Shown here: one piece after another, positions 9,595-19,669 of the stretch
How the letters are laid out: every line of letters starts with the position of its first letter
Numbering within the stretch: position 1 is the stretch's first letter
Virus record (IMG/VR): IMGVR_UViG_3300029349_000001
Location: 1 to 64,000 of that record
Length of the DNA: 64,000 nucleotides
Source: a virus
Direction: 5' to 3' (one strand)
Translations under genes and position numbers: made by a program
Notes under the pieces: generated by a model
What the model saw: the letters and a program-made list of their open reading frames with translations, nothing else
Databases searched by the model: none
Told to the model about the DNA's origin: nothing

Positions 9595-12500
9595 ATGCCT
9601 AATTCTACCAAAGCCTATAATGCGTCTATTTTAAGTGACTATATTAATCCAACAGGATTAGCCGTATTTCCATCTACGGTGCGTGTGTCTGGTAGTTTGT
9701 TAGTTCAAGATGTGCCTGTGAGCGTTAGCGGACACAACCATGCTGTTAGTGATATTGTTAATTTTGATAGCACAGTTAGTGGACTATTACCTAACAATAT
9801 CGTTACCGGAGTAGGCACCAACGGATACTCTGCACAATGGAATTCTAATAATAGTCTAACTAGTGGTATTATTTTTAGCGATCAAAATAATGTTGGTATT
9901 GGCACGACAACCCCGAATAGCACACTTCATGTGATTGGTAGTGGTATATTTACTAGTGGTGTTAGAGTAGGAGATAGTGCCGCTAATAGTTATATTATTG
10001 GACCAAGTGGTAATACTTATATTAGATTTAATAGTGGAGCTAATAACTCTATAAATATAGGCTCTAATACAACCACTGGATCATCTGCTTATTTAGATAC
10101 ACAGTTTACATATCTTAATAGTCAAGCCACCTATGTTAATGGTTCTTTTACTTTTCCAGCGGCCGGAAATAATCCTACCAACACCGCTACCCAACAAGAC
10201 TCAAACTCTATTCGTTTATTTAATAAGTTGTGGGATGGATCGGCCGTAATGAGTCCCGCTAATGAAATTGTGTCTAAGGCTTCAACTACAAGCAATCTAT
10301 CATCTCGTTTAGCATTTTTTATGCAAAATGGAGATGGTACACAAAATAGAACAGAAAGAGTTAGTATATCTAATAATGGAAATGTTGGTATCGGAACTAC
10401 AAATCCTCAAAATTTAATACATATTAGTGGATCTACCGCCAATGCTGCTGGCATAAGAATTGACAATGCTGATGGCATGGCAGGTAGAATAGATGCGGAC
10501 AATGGAGCGCTCTATTTTAGTTCATCAACTGCTACTGTTTGTAGAATGCAAGCTTCTAAAATACGCTTAGGAGATGGTGTCACAGCAGCTGCTATAGAAC
10601 TAACTGCTAATGGAACTATTTCACAAGATGGCAATGGTGGAGGATTAAGTTTTAGTGGCACAACAGCACGACTTAGTAATGGCATGCATATTACTGGTGG
10701 TTCATTGGGGGTTGGCACCACCAGCCCTAGTGGACAACTTCATGTTATAGGAACAGGATTATTTAGTGAAAATTTATTAATTAATAATGTTCCAGTGAGT
10801 ATCAGTGGTCACAACCATATCAGCTCTGACATTACTAATTTTAATAGTAGTGTAAGTGGTTTAATTCCAATAAAGTCTATATCTCCAGGAACCAATATTT
10901 CTATCACTAATAATAGTGGAGATTATACTATTGGTGTAAGTGGCTCTTTAGGACTAACTACAGAAGAAGTAGACGATAGAATAGCCTCATTATTAGTTGC
11001 TGGGACTGGTATTCATATTACCTATAATGATAGTGCTAATATTTTAACTATCAATACTAGCGGTCTTCAACCAAGTGGTAATTATAGCTTATCTGACCAT
11101 AATCACGTAGCTAGTAATATTACAGATTTTAATACTAGTGTTAGTGGATTAATAAATGGTATCTACGCCACATTAGATAGTCCTGCTTTAATAGGTACTC
11201 CGACCGCTCCAACAGCAGCTAGTGGGACTAATACTACTCAAATCGCCAGTACACAATTTGTAAGAACAGAAATTAGCAACCTAGTATCGTCCGCACCGTC
11301 CACATTAGACACACTCAATGAACTAGCGACAGCACTAGGCAACGACGCTAATTTTAGCACCACAGTCACTAATAGTTTAGCCGGTAAGGCAAACTTAAGC
11401 GGAGCAAGTTTTACTGGTAATATTAGCGCTCCTAGCGGAGATTTTAGTTCTAGTTTAAAGGTTAACAATGTAGAAGTTAGCGTTAATACTCATACACATG
11501 GAAATATTAGTAGTTCTGGTACAATAGGGTCTACAGCCAATTTACCATTAATAACCATGGCTAATGGTTTGATAATCACTGGGGTCTTCGGCTCGTCTGC
11601 TAATACATTCTGTGAAGGCAATGATAGTAGATTATCTAATGCTCGCACTCCTCTTAGTCATACGCATGGCAATATTACTAATGATGGCTCAGTAGGATCT
11701 ACAGCTAATTTACCACTTATTACTACTACTGCCGGAGCTATTACTACGGGAACATTTGGAACAACGGCTAATACATTCTGTCAAGGCAACGACAGTAGAC
11801 TGAGCGATACTAGAACGCCAACAGATAATACCGTTAGTACAGCGAAGATCGTTAATAGTAACGTTACATATGCTAAAATTCAAAATATTAGTGCTACAGA
11901 TAGACTTCTAGGTAGATCATCCGCCGGAGCCGGTGCTATAGAGGAAATAGTGTGTACTACTTTTGGAAGATCCTTAATAGACGATACCGACGCAGCTACA
12001 GCTAGAACCACACTGGTAGTTCCATCTCGCACTGGAGGAGATGCTAGTGGTACGTGGTCTATATCAATCACAGGCAATTCTTACGGCTCTTCGTATCAGT
12101 TAGCTATTGGAACCGCCAATAATTTTAATACGAACTTTTCTGAAACACCAGCTCACGCAAGATCATTCAGAGAAATGTCCGCTGACGGACCACAAGGCGT
12201 ATGGTGGTTTGTAGAAAATTTGAGACATAGCAATAATACTGGACAATGGGGAAGGCAGAACGCTTGGGGGTGGGAAGATAATGCCAATGAGTTATGGTCA
12301 CGTAATGTTCAGAATGGTTCGTGGGGTTCTTGGGTCAGATTTCTTCACTCGGGCAATTATAACTCATATACCCCGACATTGACAGGAACAGGAGCAAGCG
12401 GAACTTGGGGTATCAGCATCACAGGCTCAGCCTCCAACCTAACTTCCGCCACAAACAGCGCCCAGTTATATGCTAATGACGCTAGTTATGGGTCATGGAG

Positions 12501-13524
12501 AGTTGGTGGTTCAAGAAATGGTTGGGCTGGATTAGAGTTTAATAGCACCGGTGCTGGTAATATAAGTTTAATGATGAACTCTGGCCACACCGGATGTCAT
12601 AATAACACATATGGATGGCAGTGGTATTGGACAAATGGATCATTTTATGTTAGCAAAGGAGCCTATGGAGGATCAAGTGTTGCAACTGTTTTGGATAGTT
12701 CAAATTATCCATCGTTTGCTTTGCAGAGTTTAGAAGCTGGTGGTCGATTGACGCTGGAATCCAATGTTCCTGTGAGCACCCTAGATCACACAGCAAAAAC
12801 AGTGTTGTATTATACTCCTTATAATGGAAATAGATTACCTCTTTATAACAGCGCAAGTAGTCGTTGGGAAATACATAGTTTTAGTGAAATAAGTTTGTCT
12901 CTTGGAACTTTGACTAGTGGTTTGAACTATGATGTATTTATTTACGACAGCAGCGGAACAAAATTAATGGAACTAGTTGCTTGGACAAATGATTCTACGC
13001 GTTCTGAGGCTCTTGGGTTACAGGATGGTATTTATGTACGATTAAACAATTCAGCAAAGAGATACTTAGGAACTATCCGCACCACAAGTACGACAACCAC
13101 AGAAGACAGCGAATCCAGAAGATTTGTATGGAATATCAATAACAAGGAACCAAGAGAAATGGCGGCAAACATTAGCGCTATTCATACATACACCTCTACA
13201 GCGGTTAGGCCGTTTAATAATTCTCAAGTTGTTGGGTCTACTCGAACCGAATTTGTACTAGGAATCGCAGACAGGCTCGACTGCTCGTTCCATGCATCAA
13301 TAGCCAATTCCGCCACAGTCGGATTATCGATAGATTCAACATCAAGCTATCATCATAATTCATTGATTTACGTTAATACAGGGGCAAGTGCAATCAGAGT
13401 AGTGCCTTCTGCATATACAGATAGACTTACTGCCGGTTTTCACTATTTGTTGATAGTTGAGGCTGGAAATGGTAGTAGCGGCACGTTTAATAATGCTTCA
13501 ATTTACTCAGTTGTTTTTGCCTAA
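9595..13524 (+). CDS. Tail fibre protein
   Basis: 1309 aa. NVGIGTTxP repeats, HxH motifs, the classic fibre motif SPALIGTPTAPTA...APSTLDTLNELATALGNDANF, and an internal duplication HTHGNI...NTFCxGNDSRLS. Confidence 0.85.
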   Translation: MPNSTKAYNASILSDYINPTGLAVFPSTVRVSGSLLVQDVPVSVSGHNHAVSDIVNFDSTVSGLLPNNIVTGVGTNGYSAQWNSNNSLTSGIIFSDQNNVGIGTTTPNSTLHVIGSGIFTSGVRVGDSAANSYIIGPSGNTYIRFNSGANNSINIGSNTTTGSSAYLDTQFTYLNSQATYVNGSFTFPAAGNNPTNTATQQDSNSIRLFNKLWDGSAVMSPANEIVSKASTTSNLSSRLAFFMQNGDGTQNRTERVSISNNGNVGIGTTNPQNLIHISGSTANAAGIRIDNADGMAGRIDADNGALYFSSSTATVCRMQASKIRLGDGVTAAAIELTANGTISQDGNGGGLSFSGTTARLSNGMHITGGSLGVGTTSPSGQLHVIGTGLFSENLLINNVPVSISGHNHISSDITNFNSSVSGLIPIKSISPGTNISITNNSGDYTIGVSGSLGLTTEEVDDRIASLLVAGTGIHITYNDSANILTINTSGLQPSGNYSLSDHNHVASNITDFNTSVSGLINGIYATLDSPALIGTPTAPTAASGTNTTQIASTQFVRTEISNLVSSAPSTLDTLNELATALGNDANFSTTVTNSLAGKANLSGASFTGNISAPSGDFSSSLKVNNVEVSVNTHTHGNISSSGTIGSTANLPLITMANGLIITGVFGSSANTFCEGNDSRLSNARTPLSHTHGNITNDGSVGSTANLPLITTTAGAITTGTFGTTANTFCQGNDSRLSDTRTPTDNTVSTAKIVNSNVTYAKIQNISATDRLLGRSSAGAGAIEEIVCTTFGRSLIDDTDAATARTTLVVPSRTGGDASGTWSISITGNSYGSSYQLAIGTANNFNTNFSETPAHARSFREMSADGPQGVWWFVENLRHSNNTGQWGRQNAWGWEDNANELWSRNVQNGSWGSWVRFLHSGNYNSYTPTLTGTGASGTWGISITGSASNLTSATNSAQLYANDASYGSWRVGGSRNGWAGLEFNSTGAGNISLMMNSGHTGCHNNTYGWQWYWTNGSFYVSKGAYGGSSVATVLDSSNYPSFALQSLEAGGRLTLESNVPVSTLDHTAKTVLYYTPYNGNRLPLYNSASSRWEIHSFSEISLSLGTLTSGLNYDVFIYDSSGTKLMELVAWTNDSTRSEALGLQDGIYVRLNNSAKRYLGTIRTTSTTTTEDSESRRFVWNINNKEPREMAANISAIHTYTSTAVRPFNNSQVVGSTRTEFVLGIADRLDCSFHASIANSATVGLSIDSTSSYHHNSLIYVNTGASAIRVVPSAYTDRLTAGFHYLLIVEAGNGSSGTFNNASIYSVVFA

Positions 13525-13540
13525 TTAAAGGACGAATAAA

Positions 13541-14008
13541 ATGATAGAGATTCTTCACAACCTAATAAATAAAGTTGTTCCTATTATAGGACTATCCGAC
13601 AATGAAGACGGTAATTATCGTGTAGATTATGTGGAAACTCCTACAGCAGAGCAAGTCTCTGCGGTAGAACAAATAATAAGTGCTTGGCCCCAAACCTTAA
13701 TTAAAATTAATAAACAAAAAGAACTTGACCAGTGGTTTCAGGAGCAGCAAGCTTCTGGATATACAACGTCTTATGGATGGAAATTAGGATTAAAAGAATC
13801 AGATGTGATTTTGCTAACCGGAGCTTTTGTATTAGCAAAAGAAGCGCACGGTATGGGTCTTGCCTTACCGTATATTATGGATATGGATGGAATACCACAT
13901 GAACTATCTTTTAATGACTTAACAAGTATTATGCTTTTATATGGGCAATATCGAGCAGATTTATCTACGGAATATGCTAATAGAAAAAGAGCAATTGAAG
14001 AACAATAA
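13541..14008 (+). CDS. Probable tail fibre assembly/chaperone protein
   Basis: 155 aa, directly after the fibre gene, AAGGA RBS; the call rests mainly on position. Confidence 0.5.
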   Translation: MIEILHNLINKVVPIIGLSDNEDGNYRVDYVETPTAEQVSAVEQIISAWPQTLIKINKQKELDQWFQEQQASGYTTSYGWKLGLKESDVILLTGAFVLAKEAHGMGLALPYIMDMDGIPHELSFNDLTSIMLLYGQYRADLSTEYANRKRAIEEQ

Positions 14009-14087
14009 ATAAATTATTAAAAATTATTTTTATATATCAAAAGCACAGATAGAATACCGTCACTTAACTATCAGCAAAGATAGTATC

Positions 14088-14115
14088 TTGCCAACACTAT
14101 ACAATCTCTTATAAT
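14088..14115 (+). promoter_or_regulatory. Sigma70-type promoter TTGCCA-N16-TATAAT
   Basis: Near-consensus -35 (14088-14093) and perfect -10 (14110-14115) in an intergenic gap, 40 bp upstream of ORF 14155. Confidence 0.6.
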
Positions 14116-14154
14116 ACTATTATAATCTGTCGATATGTAGAACAAGGAGAAAAC

Positions 14155-14337
14155 ATGGAATTGAACCACAGCGATATTCAAAATCTAATAGTAATTATTG
14201 ACTTAGCTACTCAAAGAGGAGTTTTTAAGGCTAGTGATTTAGCTTCAGTAGGTAGTTTATATGAAAAATTAATATCTATCGACAAAGAATTAAAGAAGAA
14301 AGCAGAAAATCAAACAGATTCTGCACAGACAGCTTAA
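14155..14337 (+). CDS. Small conserved phage hypothetical protein
   Basis: 60 aa, strong AAGGAGA RBS. The IIDLATQRGVFK...VGSLYEKL motif resembles small proteins I recall from T4-like aquatic phages. Confidence 0.7.
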   Translation: MELNHSDIQNLIVIIDLATQRGVFKASDLASVGSLYEKLISIDKELKKKAENQTDSAQTA

Positions 14338-14418
14338 TATATTTTTACAGCATCGCTTAAATACATAATAGGCTCATTAATGCGGTCAATTCCTAATAGA
14401 TAATTAATTCTCATATAA

Positions 14419-14434
14419 GGTGTATTATTCTATA
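14419..14434 (+). promoter_or_regulatory. Candidate late promoter (GGTGTA)
   Basis: 52 bp before ATG 14471. Confidence 0.55.
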
Positions 14435-14470
14435 TCTTATTAGTAATTAGCCACCTAGAGGATTATTATT

Positions 14471-14986
14471 ATGTCTTGGCAAATCGAAATACCGATCATA
14501 GTACGTACTCTAATCAATGATCTCGGAGATCAGCCAGTTTATAGCGATGAAAGAATACAGCAAGTAATAGCTGTCGCAGCTAAATATGTTCAATTCGATG
14601 TGGTATTAGATTATACTTATAGTATAGACGTGGCCAACCCTAATATCACACCAGATCCTACTAATAATAAAGACGAAATTTTTATTAGTTTAGTTAGTCT
14701 AAAGGCAGCATGTATTATTGATCAAAGTACCTTTCGTACTAAAGCTGCTATGGAAGGAATTAGAGCTGCCCTCGGCCCCGCTAGTTTAACAGTGATTGGA
14801 CAAAGTTCTGCATGGAAAACTATTTTGGAACAAGGTCCGTGTGCTCTATATGACGAATTAACTAGTCATTGGGATGTTAAGGATGCTAGTGCTATTCGTG
14901 CTGTACTTAGTCCATTCGTTAGCAATAGATTTGATCCAAGAACCATCCGAGAGAATGATTATAGATACAGAGATTTTTACTCTTAA
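14471..14986 (+). CDS. Putative head-tail adaptor
   Basis: 171 aa, helical (VRTLINDLGD...YSDERI); first gene of the neck cluster, GAGGA RBS. Confidence 0.5.
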   Translation: MSWQIEIPIIVRTLINDLGDQPVYSDERIQQVIAVAAKYVQFDVVLDYTYSIDVANPNITPDPTNNKDEIFISLVSLKAACIIDQSTFRTKAAMEGIRAALGPASLTVIGQSSAWKTILEQGPCALYDELTSHWDVKDASAIRAVLSPFVSNRFDPRTIRENDYRYRDFYS

Positions 14987-15006
14987 TATTAATATAAGGA
15001 TCTAAT

Positions 15007-15936
15007 ATGCCAGCCGCTAATCATAATATTACTATCGAACAAGGCTCCGCTTTTGAGATAGTATTTGAATTTATTAATAACAACAACGTCCCCATAGATC
15101 TTACTAATTGGTGTGCTCTATTACAATGGATAGACAGCGATGATAATACAGAAGTTTTTAATACCAATTATGATGGTGATGACTATAGAATGTTTGTGAA
15201 TAGCCTGGGTAAGATCACTCTCCAGATACCGGCTAAAATCACCAAAGATTACAACTTTACCTCTGCAACATACGACCTAGATCTACAAGAACCAAACGAG
15301 CAATATCCTAATAGTGGACTTAAAACATATAGATTAAGTACCGGTACAATTACTCTATTGAAGCGCAACACTCCGCCAGTTACAGCAGACTGTGCTAGTG
15401 TCAACTCGGACTTTGATATAGATACTTGTAATGTTGGTTGTGAAAATCTAGATCCTTATTCTGTAGTTTATGAAGGATCTTCTGTTGTGGTTGCTGATAA
15501 TACAACGACTACCTCTAGTATTAGTGTTACAGACTCTAGAACTATCGAAAATATAGATGTTGCTATTAATGGATTGAGACATTCTTCTCCGCAAGATCTA
15601 ATTTTTGTATTAGAATCTCCAAATAACTCATTAGATAGTGTGTTATTATCTATGAACAGCAAAATATCGAACTATAAGCCCGGTTTTAGTTTTGTATTTT
15701 CTGATAGAGCACCAGCTAATGTATATCTTAATAATGTTTTAAATAATAAGAGTTGTAGAATCACTAATAAGAGCACTACTCTTGGTCTTACTAATTTTGA
15801 TACTAGTGCTAGTTTTTCACACCTTATTGGTCAAACACTATCTGGCCTATGGAAGCTACATGTAATAGATAGCGACACCGGAGTAGCTGGAACTATTGAT
15901 GGATGGAAATTGATAATTACTTATTCGGATACTTGA
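15007..15936 (+). CDS. Virion protein: N-terminal baseplate-upper-like beta domain plus a proprotein convertase P-domain-like C-terminus
   Basis: ITIEQGSAF...PIDLT...YDLDL at the N-terminus; SSISV...IENIDVAINGLRHS...DL...LESP...GLWKLHVID...GTIDGWKL is the P-domain pattern. Confidence 0.7.
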   Translation: MPAANHNITIEQGSAFEIVFEFINNNNVPIDLTNWCALLQWIDSDDNTEVFNTNYDGDDYRMFVNSLGKITLQIPAKITKDYNFTSATYDLDLQEPNEQYPNSGLKTYRLSTGTITLLKRNTPPVTADCASVNSDFDIDTCNVGCENLDPYSVVYEGSSVVVADNTTTTSSISVTDSRTIENIDVAINGLRHSSPQDLIFVLESPNNSLDSVLLSMNSKISNYKPGFSFVFSDRAPANVYLNNVLNNKSCRITNKSTTLGLTNFDTSASFSHLIGQTLSGLWKLHVIDSDTGVAGTIDGWKLIITYSDT

Positions 15937-15939
15937 TAT

Positions 15940-16140
15940 ATGTTAACCAACAATATTATAAATCTTTTATATGCTTATGTGGTCGGTTATTTGCCCACCT
16001 TCGTTATTAACACAGATAATATCACGAATAGTAACGTAACTATAAAACAGGTAGTGGACTCCCAAGCAATCTTCATAACTCTGTCTGAAACGGCACAAAT
16101 CAAAAGCACACCAGATACTCCTCTATATACATCACTATGA
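15940..16140 (+). CDS. Hypothetical protein
   Basis: 66-aa ORF that fills the gap and overlaps the next start as ATGA. Confidence 0.5.
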   Translation: MLTNNIINLLYAYVVGYLPTFVINTDNITNSNVTIKQVVDSQAIFITLSETAQIKSTPDTPLYTSL

Positions 16141-16670
16141 CAAATCCTTTCGAAAATATTATTTCAGCAGAACTAAAACAAATCTATAAATATGCTATAG
16201 ATGAGGTACTATCGTCTCATGGATTAACCGTTCCCTGTTCTTTATATTACGATAAGCCATCTGCTTCTACATTTTGCAATAACTGTGTTATAGACCCAAT
16301 ATCTCAAATATCGTCTAATATATATAATTCTACTGGTCCTAGTCCTTTTCCTGAGAATACTATTTGTCCAGTGTGTGGTGGATCTGGTATGGTATCTGGT
16401 GAAAAAATGGAAATTATTAATTTGGGTGTTTTATTTGATAACAAATATTTTATAAGACCTATTGCTAATAGTGTTATTGGCTGGCCAAATAATAGTATAC
16501 AAACTATATGCGCCCATACCCTTGCTCATAAATTGCGAGCCGCTTCGAGACTAATGATCGGAGGGACTGCATCTCAATATAGTACGTATGAATATACCAG
16601 ACAATCCGATCCCCAACCTATTGGTTTTGGTGACACAAATTATATTGTCACTTTGTGGGCCACACAATGA
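16137..16670 (+). CDS. Putative head-closure protein with a Cys4 zinc finger
   Basis: 177 aa; CNNC...CPVCGGSG; position in the neck cluster. Confidence 0.5.
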   Translation: MTNPFENIISAELKQIYKYAIDEVLSSHGLTVPCSLYYDKPSASTFCNNCVIDPISQISSNIYNSTGPSPFPENTICPVCGGSGMVSGEKMEIINLGVLFDNKYFIRPIANSVIGWPNNSIQTICAHTLAHKLRAASRLMIGGTASQYSTYEYTRQSDPQPIGFGDTNYIVTLWATQ

Positions 16671-17311
16671 AAATAGAATTTAAATTATTAGAAAAAGATT
16701 CTGACATTGCTAATAGTATATTTGATGCTATCAAAGCTAGTCTTAGCGATGTTATGAATAGAGCAGAGCCAGAGATCCAAAGACGAGTAAAAGAAATTTT
16801 ATCTGATTCTTTAAGAACAGAACCAGAATATCAATCTTTGAAGTCTGGAATATTAAGAGCTGAATTTGGTATACAATATCCTGATACAGTTGATAAAATT
16901 GTTGAAAAAATATCCGAGACCGTTACTATAGAACACATACCGATTACTTTTACTGCTAGAGGCATTAAGGGCGGATTTAGATTAGTAGCAATAAAATCTG
17001 ATAATATTAGTGGCTTAATTGAAGACGCCGATGCTTTGGTTGCGGACGATGCAAGAGGTTATAAATTACCGTGGCTAGAATGGCTGTTATTGAGAGGTTC
17101 GGATAAAATTATTAAAAATTATGAAGTATCATTTGGAGCTTCTAAATATTCGCGTAGTGGCATGGCTCTGATGAAAGACTCGAAGTCTTCTTGGAGAGTG
17201 CCTCCGCAGTTTGCTGGTACGATTAAGAACAACTGGACCACAAGAGCCATCTCCAAAGCAGAAGATTCTATTAAATCTACTATCATAAGTACTATCGAGA
17301 ATTATTTATGA
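16655..17311 (+). CDS. Putative neck/tail-completion protein (real start possibly 16667)
   Basis: 218 aa; LPWLEWLL...GT..NNWTTRAI; position; ATGA overlap at 16667. Confidence 0.5.
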   Translation: MGHTMKIEFKLLEKDSDIANSIFDAIKASLSDVMNRAEPEIQRRVKEILSDSLRTEPEYQSLKSGILRAEFGIQYPDTVDKIVEKISETVTIEHIPITFTARGIKGGFRLVAIKSDNISGLIEDADALVADDARGYKLPWLEWLLLRGSDKIIKNYEVSFGASKYSRSGMALMKDSKSSWRVPPQFAGTIKNNWTTRAISKAEDSIKSTIISTIENYL

Positions 17312-18246
17312 CTAAATTTCATCATGTATATAATATAGGAGATAAAGGACCAGTAACTCTTCTAGAAGACAACATAAAGATGTTTCTAGATTGGTCTTTT
17401 TTAAATATTGGTGGGTTCGTTAATATTAAGATTCCAACCCAAAATATATCTACTGGTAATTTACATCAACTAAAACTATCTACAGATCCAGGCTTAACAG
17501 CGAATACCTCCTGGGAATCCCCAAAAAAAGACTGGGTATACGAGACAGGCATTGTTCATAATGGTATGTCGCCCATAAATATATCAGGCATTTATCTGAA
17601 TAACACCTTTTTACCATCTCCTACCGGATCTGGAGCATATGGCTATAAGATCAATTATCCTTTGGGTAAGATTAATTTTAACAATTCGGTTGGAGCAAAA
17701 AGCACTGTGGCGCTAGCATATAGTTACAGATATGTGCAAGTCTACAAAGCACACGACACTGTATGGTGGCAAGAATTTCAACAACAAACATATAATGCTG
17801 CTATGTCGAAAGCAAGTCCTAATAGCAATATTTCATCCGAACATAGAATACAAACCCCACTAATAGTGGTAGAATTAACAGATAGAACATATTTAAAGCC
17901 ATATCAGTTAGGATCTTCAGAAAATATCGTTTATCAAGATGTATTATTACATATATTTAGCGAAACACCCACTTATAGAAACTCCCTAGTAGACATGATG
18001 CTTCTACAAAAAGAGAAAAACCTACATTTGATAGATACTCAAAAAGTGATCAAAAATGGTGTTTTTAGCACTAATATTAATGGACAATTTAATCCTAATG
18101 CTTTAAATTATGATCAATTATCATACAATGCCGAATATTTTACAAATAGGTATAATATTAAAGATGCTATATTGTCTGAGACAAATACAATTTCTCCCAG
18201 CCTATATAGTGGTATAGTTCGTTGGACTTTGGAAATTTTTCCATAG
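17308..18246 (+). CDS. Putative tail terminator protein
   Basis: 312 aa, immediately upstream of the tail tube gene; PLIVVE...PYQLG...DVLLHIFSE pattern. Confidence 0.5.
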   Translation: MTKFHHVYNIGDKGPVTLLEDNIKMFLDWSFLNIGGFVNIKIPTQNISTGNLHQLKLSTDPGLTANTSWESPKKDWVYETGIVHNGMSPINISGIYLNNTFLPSPTGSGAYGYKINYPLGKINFNNSVGAKSTVALAYSYRYVQVYKAHDTVWWQEFQQQTYNAAMSKASPNSNISSEHRIQTPLIVVELTDRTYLKPYQLGSSENIVYQDVLLHIFSETPTYRNSLVDMMLLQKEKNLHLIDTQKVIKNGVFSTNINGQFNPNALNYDQLSYNAEYFTNRYNIKDAILSETNTISPSLYSGIVRWTLEIFP

Positions 18247-18259
18247 ATCAACTAAGGTT

Positions 18260-18272
18260 GGTGTACTATAAA
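18260..18272 (+). promoter_or_regulatory. Candidate late promoter (GGTGTA)
   Basis: 91 bp before the tail tube ATG. Confidence 0.55.
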
Positions 18273-18350
18273 CTAGATTACTTTTAATTTTATTCTCAGA
18301 ATACAATCAAAATAACTGTCGTACAAACACTCAATTAATGGAGTTCTCTC

Positions 18351-19448
18351 ATGCCAGCAAATAATAGAATTTACTATGCTAGTCAAGCAGTACAGTTACT
18401 TCCCTGCAATAGCGAGCTTTCCGCTCATTATTCTGATTGGTTAGTTCCACAGGGACTACAGAGCGTTGGCATGACAACAAATTTCAATCTAGAGCAGGTC
18501 TTCCAGCTCGGACAACTAGAGCTTTATGATAATCTTGAAGGAGTACCAGAAGTAGAAGTTACTCTCAATAAGGTTCTAGACGGAACTCCCCCACTTTATC
18601 TAATTTGCACAAATGGTAATTCCACATTCCCATATGCTAACGGAAGAGAAATTGCTGAAATCGTTAACAATCGTGTTTCTTTCCGTCTTGGTATTTGGCC
18701 AGACAACGTAACAGCCGCTACTGGCGCACCAGCCCACCAAGTAACTTGCAGTGGTATGTATCTATCACGATTTAGTTATACCATTCCTGTTGACGGCAAT
18801 GCTACCGAAGAAATCACACTAGTTGGTAACAACAAGGTGTGGAGTAGTGGATCGCAGATGAGTCTTGCCGAGTTTAATCCCAATGCTGGTAGATCACCCA
18901 CAGCTCCTAACGTAATGAGACGTTATAGTTTCGATACTGGAACTGTACTACCAACTGGCACAGCCGGTATTCCAATTCCAAGCGGCAGATCCGTTTCGAG
19001 ACCATATGTTCAGAACATTACAATTAGTGCTGACCTTGGAAGAGAAGCTATCAACGAACTTGGTTCTTTCTCTCCATACTTCAGATATGTTAACTTCCCA
19101 CTCGAAGTAACATCTGAATTTGAGGTTACAGCTAGTGACGGAGACAAGGTTGATGCTAATGACTTCTCCACAGTTAGTGGTTGCGGTCAGAACTTCACCA
19201 ACCTCCAGAACAAAGAAATCAAGGTTATTCTTTGCGGTACCGGAGCTGGTAGTAACAAGCTCATGTTGGATCTAGGTAAGAAGAATAAGCTAACTAGTGT
19301 TAACTATACTGGTGGAGACACCGGTGGTGGAAACGCTACAATTACTTATAGCTTCCAAACATTCAACAAGTTTGCTATGACAGCTAGTGGTACTTTTGCT
19401 GGCAGTAGTTGGGTAGACAACCAAGCTGACCAAGAGTTCTACAACTAA
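18351..19448 (+). CDS. Major tail (tube) protein
   Basis: 365 aa, beta-rich with two-fold internal similarity (GLQSVGMTTNF...VFQLG / VQNITISADL...INELG), codon usage suggesting high expression, located between neck genes and chaperones/TMP. Confidence 0.7.
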   Translation: MPANNRIYYASQAVQLLPCNSELSAHYSDWLVPQGLQSVGMTTNFNLEQVFQLGQLELYDNLEGVPEVEVTLNKVLDGTPPLYLICTNGNSTFPYANGREIAEIVNNRVSFRLGIWPDNVTAATGAPAHQVTCSGMYLSRFSYTIPVDGNATEEITLVGNNKVWSSGSQMSLAEFNPNAGRSPTAPNVMRRYSFDTGTVLPTGTAGIPIPSGRSVSRPYVQNITISADLGREAINELGSFSPYFRYVNFPLEVTSEFEVTASDGDKVDANDFSTVSGCGQNFTNLQNKEIKVILCGTGAGSNKLMLDLGKKNKLTSVNYTGGDTGGGNATITYSFQTFNKFAMTASGTFAGSSWVDNQADQEFYN

Positions 19449-19516
19449 GTAGTTAATTAGACGATTTTAGAGGCAGACATTAGGATTAGTGGTTTTACAA
19501 CCGGAGAAAGGACATT

Positions 19517-19669
19517 ATGGAAGAATTATTTAATATAATAGGAAAGCTGTACGTAGATATCTACAATACCCAAAAAATTATAGAACTACTACAAACTCAG
19601 CTTAAGGATAAGGACAGGGAAATATCTGAACTAAAGCAAAGGAAATCTTCTAAGGATGATAACGGATGA
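19517..19669 (+). CDS. Small coiled-coil protein (50 aa) missing from the ORF track
   Basis: Manual translation MEELFNIIGKLYVDIYNTQKIIELLQTQLKDKDREISELKQRKSSKDDNG; GGAGAAAGGA RBS; overlaps the next gene start. Confidence 0.7.
   Translation: MEELFNIIGKLYVDIYNTQKIIELLQTQLKDKDREISELKQRKSSKDDNG

Noticed and set aside
14009-14470. tRNA or structured ncRNA in the larger intergenic gaps
   Set aside because: AT-rich sequence with no cloverleaf, T-loop or convincing long stem.
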